This document shows positions 57,601 to 64,000 of a stretch of 64,000 bases of DNA, one piece after another. The DNA comes from Bugula neritina (taxonomy: Eukaryota; Animalia; Bryozoa): positions 17,157,875 through 17,221,874 of the forward strand of contig OZ037768.1 of assembly GCA_964035545.1 (NCBI GenBank). The letters are read 5' to 3'. The notes beneath the pieces are model-generated. The model did no database searches and was not told where the DNA came from. It saw nothing but the letters and a program-made list of their open reading frames with translations. A program made the position numbers and the translations under genes. Every line of letters begins with the position of its first letter. Position 1 is the stretch's first letter.

Positions 57601-60600
57601 ACCCCGCCTACATCAAGTATATTCACACCCCTCATGCCACTAGGTGGGTAGTAACATCCCCTCATTCTATTTAACCAACAGAATTTATTGTAAATTTGCG
57701 GTGTGAATTTATATAAGTTATGACTTGTACTCTGCTAGCATTTATTTTAGAAATGATTTTCATTAATAATTTCCGACAGCAACGGCTTATCATAATAAAA
57801 TGTTGTACTTTCGTAGCCGTTATGTAGCCAAGATTCATGAAGCCAAGTTTCAGGGTGTGTCTGGGCCTATTTCTTTCAATGCTAACGGTGATAGATCTGG
57901 CATCATAGAGATAACTCAGTTCTATGATATGGACGAGGGCTTTTTAAAAGAGGTGAGCTGTTTGATTGGGTGATACACTGTACACTGTACAGTTTGTGAT
58001 ATTGGCTGCACCAATCAAAGCTACAAAACTTATATAGTGTAATATCATTACATTATTTTTGTTTATATTTAAATTAATAATCAGATTGCTGGTAATGCTT
58101 TACTTGCAGACTGACATTGGTACATACAGCAATGGTAACCTTGACATAGCCTTAGAGAAATTGCTGTGGAGAACGAGAGATTACTCCACCACTGAACCTC
58201 CTACAGTGTGTAAGTGTACCTGCAGTTCTACTCTCAGTAGGGAAATTCTCAGTTTTAGAGCTTGGGGATGGGGGGGGGGTCTTAGCATCTAAAGAAACAA
58301 CAAGCGAAGACGTTACCTATCTAGCCTGTTTTATTTGGACTAGCACACACCTCACATTCATACTGTGTCAAACAGCTGCTCTCATCAAAATATCCCGTTC
58401 AAGTTGGCATGAAATCTTACTTTGTCTAAAAGCCTAGCAATTTACACTGCAAAGTGAATTCAGTCTAGCGTGTAAATGTTCAGGTCCAGGCGGTAGGGGA
58501 TGCTTTAAGGGCAGTAGGAGATGCTTCAGGGGCACTAGGGGATGCTTCAATAGCATTATATACATGGTACAGGGCTAAACTAGCCAGTAAAACATACACC
58601 TGTTTCATATAGTTTACATATGCTATCGTTGTCAATCATCAAGTTAGAGACGTTACTAGTCTGCATATATTTGTAACAGTAAACATGTAGTTCACGTGAA
58701 TAAAAATATTGGCATGCCTAATAAATTGTAAGTTTGAAACACCAATAATCTCTAAAAGTTGTTTTATTATAGAGCTTTTTGTTTTATGATATGCATCACT
58801 TAAATACATCACTCCCTTAAATAGAAGTAAGGGATTGAATAATAGTTTATAGTTTCATGGTGCAATTAATATCGATAGTAATGTCAATAATAGTGATTAT
58901 GATTAGATTATTATAGCCGTTTTAATTTATATTGGAATTGTACATCATAGCAAGTTGAGTTACAATTTATAATGTTTTCTTAATACGTCTGCAAGCTATT
59001 GTAATGAAATTCTTTGATCAGAAGATTTTATCAAATCCTTTCTCTGAGTTTAGTCAAAGAGAAGTTTCGCACTCAACGAGCACTCAATTTTGACTGACTG
59101 CTCAGACTATATGCAAACCTCATCTCTTCAAATCATTTACATCTGCATAGCCCAAAAATTTACATAAAAAGTTTGCTTACTGATGCAGGTTTGTTTTTAC
59201 ATATTCATTAATTAACCTGCAGCCTTTCTAATGTCTATATCTCTGAATCACTTACTATTAGAGCTGGTGTCAGCTCTGGTCAGGGTATCAGCTGATAAAA
59301 GTGCCTTTTAAATGTGCCAACTTTGGAAATGGCAGCTTTAAAATGGAATGAGTTGATTACTTCATTTACCCCAAAGAGCTGCAATCAATTTACTTCACCT
59401 TTATGTTAGTAAAATAATACCAAACTAGTTGCAAATTAATTTTCTTCACAACATGAAATTTGGAAAATAATCCAAGGATTTTTTGTAATTATGAAAGTCA
59501 CATATACATCTAATGGTGTACATTCTGTGTACATACACGTAGCCTGTGGTACAGTTTATACGCAGAGAGTATAACTGAACCTTATTGCAGTTCACAGATG
59601 ATGTAGCAGGCAGTTTTTATAGGAGCTCATTCTTACTTTTCTATTCACTATTTTTCAAAGTGTTAATTTCCTTTCTGTAGCCAACCAAACGAAAGGTAAT
59701 TTCCTTAATGGTTTGTAGACTTCACCTGACTGATTGTGGATGGTAACGGTTAAATAACAAAATGCATGACCGACTTAGCTAATTGGGTGTCCAGTTACTT
59801 TAATAACAAGAAAAGGATATTTAATAAAAATAATAGGGAGGGATAATTTATATCATACATATTATTTGTTTCATACTCATATTATACATCTTATTTAGAT
59901 TTATTTTATACATATATTATACTTATTATATATTTGTATTATACTTACTGTTTTATACTTATATTAGTCTATTGTGGTCACTGTGTTTTATTGAGTTTAA
60001 AAGACCTTCAATTGGAATTAACATGTTATAGTCTTATAACTACGTGAGCTCCAACTTGTCCTAACTCACTAAATAAATGTCCTAGCTAATGTTACACCCC
60101 TCCTCTTGCTATCCTTTAATATCTACTCTAATCTGTGACTTTGTGACTTTCTGTTTAATCTCAATGCATGTCTCCATTGTATTCTTCCGGCCTGGTTGTA
60201 GTTGGAATCTATATTTTTGAAGTGTGAAAATAAAACTGTATTATTGACGGTCGAGATGTAGGGAGCAGCTGTGGTCTAGGGGTTAGAGCGTTTGGCTTAG
60301 TAAACACGAAGCCATGGGTTCGAACCCTTGTAAAGACCGTTGGTGATGTTAGGAAGAGCATCCAGTCATAATTGCTACTGTGCCACATATGAATAAGTCC
60401 TCAGCTCGCTGCTCTTACAGGGACGGCCACTATAAACTTGCAAGTTTTTAATTATCAGTCAAGATATATTTACATTGTAGACTCGTGCGAGTGGGAGAAG
60501 TTGGCTAATTACCTCAACCTGTCGTGCTCGGCAGCACTTTTGGCAGTTGTCTTACCAATATTTGTGCTGCTGGTGTTGATAGTCGCTGTTGCTGCCTTCT

Positions 60601-63600
60601 TTGCATTTAGAAGTGCAATAACTAAGTACAAGTAAGTAGGCCAAATGTGCCCTGATCTAATCAATGGCACTAGTTGTGTTGTGTTTCTTGAAAAAGCTGT
60701 CAGGTTGATTGAAGGTTGAAAGTCAAAGTTCTCATCTTATTGCTTGCTAATATATTGTGTGTTTTCAGGTTGGCAGCTGATATAGCATCCAAACTTCGTC
60801 ATAATGGAGGTTTTGTTAATTTAGATGAGAATGAGATACCTAGGAATCATGTGGTGTTAAACAGGTAGGGAATTGAGTATTCTAAACAACATACTAGTTA
60901 GTAGAATAGACTGTGAGATTATTTTTAATAGGATGTTTAAATTCTTAATGTGTTTAAAATGTTACTGAATAGTTAGAGTTATTGGAAACTCATTTTTGCA
61001 TGAACTTGGCTGAATAACAGTTTGAGTACAAAGAATGTAGCGATAACATTAAAATACGTAATAAAATAGTATATTGTAATTTAATATGGACATAGACGTA
61101 TCTTTTATAGATCATTGTTTGAATGTCAAATAATATTTTTTGAAGTTACAAATTATGAAGATTAGATCTAAACTCATATTTTTGAAATATCTTGAAATTC
61201 TTTTCTATTGATTTTGTTTCTTGTTATATTAGCAAGCTAAATGTTTGACTGTAACATGTATACTCTGTTTGGTGTAGGAAACTGGGCGAGGGAGCGTTTG
61301 GTACAGTGTACGGCGGGGAGGCATATATCAGTGGCTCATGGATTGGGGTGGCAGTGAAGACCCTCAAACCTGGCTCCAACAGTGAAGATAGGGTAAGGCT
61401 CTAATAAACAATACAGGAATGCAAAGCCACTACATCTCAATGTCAAAATAAGATTCACATAGCAGCTTTAAGCCTCTTTCTTTAGCAAATACTTCTCATC
61501 TGCCCAGTAATATTCTTATAAAACTGAATTAATGTAAGTGTTTGGTGCAGCTAGAACTAGACTGAGCTCTGTTATTGTAGCTGGATTTTCTGAGAGAGGC
61601 GGATATAATGAAGAGATTTGATCATAAGAACATTGCTAAGCTGTTGGGTGTCAGCACCAGGGAAGAACCTGCTTATGCTGTCATGGAGTTTATGCTGTAC
61701 GGTGAGTCATTCACAACTGCCTCCATTTATGTTCCTCTGCTACTGCATTATTTGAGCGTATAAATCTATTCGTTGCTTCTACTTTTTTATAACAGTCCCA
61801 ACCTAAGTCCAAGATTCATTCACAATTTTTAGATGTCCGTATTCCAACAGTGCACAGTTAAAACTTGAGGTCATTTAATCCTTAAGTCCAACATTTCAGT
61901 TTGGTACCAATTATTTTGTCAAACTGGTCTATCTGCAGCTAACAATATTTTAGTCTTTATTCATTAAAAAGTATCACAAATATTATACAAAAATGAGTTT
62001 TCTAAGTGACCATTAAGACTAAGTGATTTCAGTCTTACTTATATATGACAGGTGACTTGCGGGTTTACTTGCTGTCTCGTCGCGAACTCGTTGGCATGAA
62101 CACGAAAGAGGCTGAAGACGTGTCGGGCAGCAGTCTCACAAAGATGGCTATGGACATCATAGAAGGCATCCACTACCTCCATACCAGGGAGTATGTTCAC
62201 CGAGATATAGCTTGTAGAAACTGCCTCGTTTCTGCCAACAAAACTATTAAGATTGGCGACTTTGGTATGGCCAGGAGAGTCTACGATGACGGCTTGTACT
62301 TGTTCACTCGACGAGGTAAGCGCAAGACTAAATAAAGTCATTTTAAATTTGAACAAGATGATATATGAGCACCTTGTGTTGAAGAGTGTTTTCAATATAA
62401 TACATAGTAGTATATAGTTATTATTGGTGCTACTTCTCTGTATTCTTGACATGTTGATTTACGCTTTTAATTTCCTTTGAGGCAATTCTTAAGTTGTCTT
62501 TAAATTTTCAACTCCTATTAAATCTTGGAAATGGAACTCAATAAGTTTTATATCTTTCTTTTCCTTTCCTTTACCCATAACATGGGTTGTCTACTCATTG
62601 GTACATAGTTGATTACTATCACCATCTAGTGTGTATCACCTCACTGGAGTGTTTATCACCTGGTATTAACTAATATAAATTGTGTGTCTTTGCAGGTAAA
62701 CTACCTGTTCGGTGGATGGCCCCCGAGAGCTTTGTTGAAGGTGTTTTCACTTATAAGACAGATATATGGAGTCTGGGGGTTTTGCTGTATGAGATTGTGA
62801 CATTCGGCAGCACCCCCTACCAGATGCTGACTAATGGAGAGGTGTACGAGAGAGTCAAAAGTGGAGGGACTCTGAACCTGCCAGAGGAGTGTACAGATGA
62901 ACTGTGAGTTCTTGTTTATTGTTTCGCTGTAAAAGTTCAAAGTTTAACCTTTCAAGCCAACTCAGTTATTAGGCTGTTTGTTGCAGCTACTATAAATAGC
63001 ATGCAATGAAAGTTAACTACAATTATTAGTTTCGTAATAGTGGTAAATGCAAAGCAACCAGAAACGTCATCTGCAAGATCAGAAATCTCAAATCAATTCA
63101 GCACAAAATTAATTAGCACTTTAGGAACAAAATTGTTTGAGCAAACATCCCTAACACAGTATGTAGATGAAAGGTAATATGGGTAAGAATATTTTAATAC
63201 TGCATAAGTGAAGGGTATCATGGATTCTTTAATATCTATAGTCTAATGCTATCACCAAAATGACGTGTCAGAAATTCACCATTTTTAAGCCAGTAGTTTC
63301 AACATCTACAAATAGCTGTTAACTCAGTAAATATACAGAGGTGAAAACTATTTTCAGGAAGACCCTGCTGTTAGCGTGCTGGCACAAGGAGCCATCTCGT
63401 AGACCGAGTGCCGTGGATGTGTACGCAACCCTGGCTGAGAATGACAACATGATACACCCTCTTCTCGACTGCCCAGTCTACGCTGAAATACAAGACTGTG
63501 ACACCGTAGAGGTGAACATGTCCCTGGCTCCTCTCAAACCATCAACCATTCTGAAGAGACCTTTTCTACGTCAATCCTCATCCGTAATCTCTGTTGATAG

Positions 63601-63652
63601 TAAGTGTCTTTCCGAGTCGTATTCAAGTCAACTTTGCACTGGCACCAAGTAA
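42686..63652 (+). CDS. VKR: Venus kinase receptor (signal peptide, extra N-terminal domain, Venus flytrap domain, TM helix, insulin-receptor-like tyrosine kinase), ~1222 aa; a further 3' exon off-window is possible
   Basis: 24 GT-AG exons, all phases consistent: 42686-42776, 43106-43211, 44971-45081, 45961-46074, 46779-46902, 47488-47602, 48750-48930, 49442-49562, 49918-50155, 51598-51765, 52893-53049, 53733-53928, 54549-54753, 55268-55398, 57519-57643, 57817-57952, 58110-58209, 60481-60631, 60769-60864, 61278-61392, 61581-61701, 62052-62315, 62696-62903, 63358-63652. VFT motifs LYIGGFFP, LGPACS, YFFRTVP, YDAIW, FQGVSGPISF; TM at 60481-60631; kinase VVLNRKLGEGAFGTVYGGE, VAVK, HRDIACRN, DFG, LPVRWMAPE. 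Possible donor at 63648 (aa|gtaaat). Confidence 0.9.
42865..43053. mobile_element. MITE, Tc1/mariner-pogo-like (CAGT termini, TA target duplication), in first coding intron of VKR
   Basis: TA|CAGTGCTCCCTCCATATCTCAC ... GTGAGATATGGAGGTAGCACTG|TA; 22-bp TIR with 1 mismatch. Confidence 0.85.
44425..44633. mobile_element. Second copy of the same MITE, inverted relative to the first
   Basis: AGTGCTCCCTCCATATCTCACTAAGCT ... AAATTCAGCCATTTTGT (reverse complement of ACAAAATGGCTGAATTT in copy 1) ... GAGGGAGCACTG|TA. Confidence 0.8.
45297..45477. repeat. Diverged tandem duplication, 2 x ~90 bp
   Basis: GTTGTTTACAA..CACAATAATTGT..TTTTGTAG..ACTATATAGATAA..CAGTTTGTT occurs twice in tandem. Confidence 0.8.
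47899..48140. repeat. 30-bp intronic minisatellite
   Basis: Unit ACTATGACTCTGTACTCTATAAGTACATTC and variants, decaying towards 3'. Confidence 0.9.
48469..48668. repeat. 25-bp intronic minisatellite, ~8 near-identical copies
   Basis: Unit ACACTATGACTAACTGTAACTATGT. Confidence 0.95.
50844..51036 (+). mobile_element. SINE copy (same family), flanked by 9-bp direct repeat AGCAGTGGC
   Basis: GGGGTTAGAGCGTTTGCCTGGTGAGC..GGGCATCCAGTCATAG..TCTCACAGAGATAGTGACTATAAACTTGCGTGAG; AGCAGTGGC at 50835-50843 and 51035-51043. Confidence 0.85.
52170..52870. repeat. 31-bp intronic minisatellite, ~22 copies, ending ~20 nt before a VKR splice acceptor
   Basis: Unit TATAGTTATACTATGTCTACTCTATACACTA with small indel variants. 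Confidence 0.97.
56150..56773. repeat. 26-bp minisatellite split by the TIR element
   Basis: Unit CTCTTGTCTCATTGGCTTACTCATAG at ~56150-56295 and ~56714-56773. Confidence 0.85.
56296..56713. mobile_element. Non-autonomous TIR element (~418 bp) inserted into a 26-bp minisatellite
   Basis: Left end AAGTTGCTTTTATACCTCTGC; right-end reverse complement AAGTTGCGTTTATATCTTAGC (17/21). The host repeat resumes on both sides. Confidence 0.65.
58492..58550. repeat. Short G-rich tandem repeat, 3 x ~20 bp
   Basis: GTAGGGGATGCTTTAAGGGG / GTAGGAGATGCTTCAGGGG / CTAGGGGATGCTTCA. Confidence 0.75.
60261..60443 (+). mobile_element. SINE copy (same family) with intact A and B boxes
   Basis: GGGAGCAGCTGTGGTCTAGGGGTTAGAGCG..TTAGTAA..GGGTTCGAACCC..AGGAAGAGCATCCAGTCATAATTGCT..CACTATAAACTTGC; ends ~37 nt before the VKR TM-exon acceptor. 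Confidence 0.85.
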
Positions 63653-64000
63653 ATTGAGTTTCTTTTGTCGCTATGGCAATGAGAATATTAATTTCCTTCT
63701 GTTTTCCGAAAGCAGAAGTTGCAGATATCCTGTTGAAAGACATGTTTGTAGCTTTCTAAGTCAATTATTTTCATATAGATATGTTTGTATTGATGTACAC
63801 TTGAAATACTTATCAGCCCAATTATTTTACAAACTTATTCAACATTTTTATTAATTATTTTAAACATCAAATGGTTATCAGAAGCAGTTGGTGTGCTAAA
63901 CTCTTGATTTCTGATGGTGCCAGCTTTCTGCCATACATCTCTCCAACTCTGATATCAATTGTTCATTTGGGAAAATTATTCTTGAAACTGCTATGTTGTA

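Overview
AT-rich, CpG-poor, intron-rich eukaryotic DNA from an invertebrate animal. The taxon is inferred from the co-occurrence of a Venus kinase receptor and an AA15 LPMO; the species cannot be determined. I hand-spliced six protein-coding genes with phase-consistent junctions: (1) LARP7, 5' end off-window (+, 262-3883); (2) ICT1/MRPL58 GGQ peptidyl-tRNA hydrolase, start exon unresolved (+, 9042-11057); (3) an unrecognised ~412-aa Ser/Thr/Lys-rich protein (-, 13401-11547); (4) a 22-exon, ~1225-aa EF-hand + WD40 protein of the WDR49/EFCAB8/WDY group (-, 32363-16288), with a GC-AG intron and 21-nt and 30-nt micro-exons; (5) a secreted AA15 copper LPMO with a mucin-like PTTQA stalk and 6-Cys tail (+, 34714-38194); (6) a 24-exon, ~1222-aa Venus kinase receptor (+, 42686-63652). 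There is also an intact tRNA-Leu(TAG), a tRNA-Thr(AGT)-derived SINE (5 copies), a TA-flanked MITE pair, another TIR element, a ~400-bp (TA)n tract, related intronic minisatellites and two hexamer-mosaic low-complexity blocks. The best lead is the receptor. Ahead of its Venus flytrap domain it has ~350 extra residues resembling a glycine-betaine-type class II solute-binding domain, and its activation loop has LY instead of YY. Family assignments come from recalled motifs; no database search was run.
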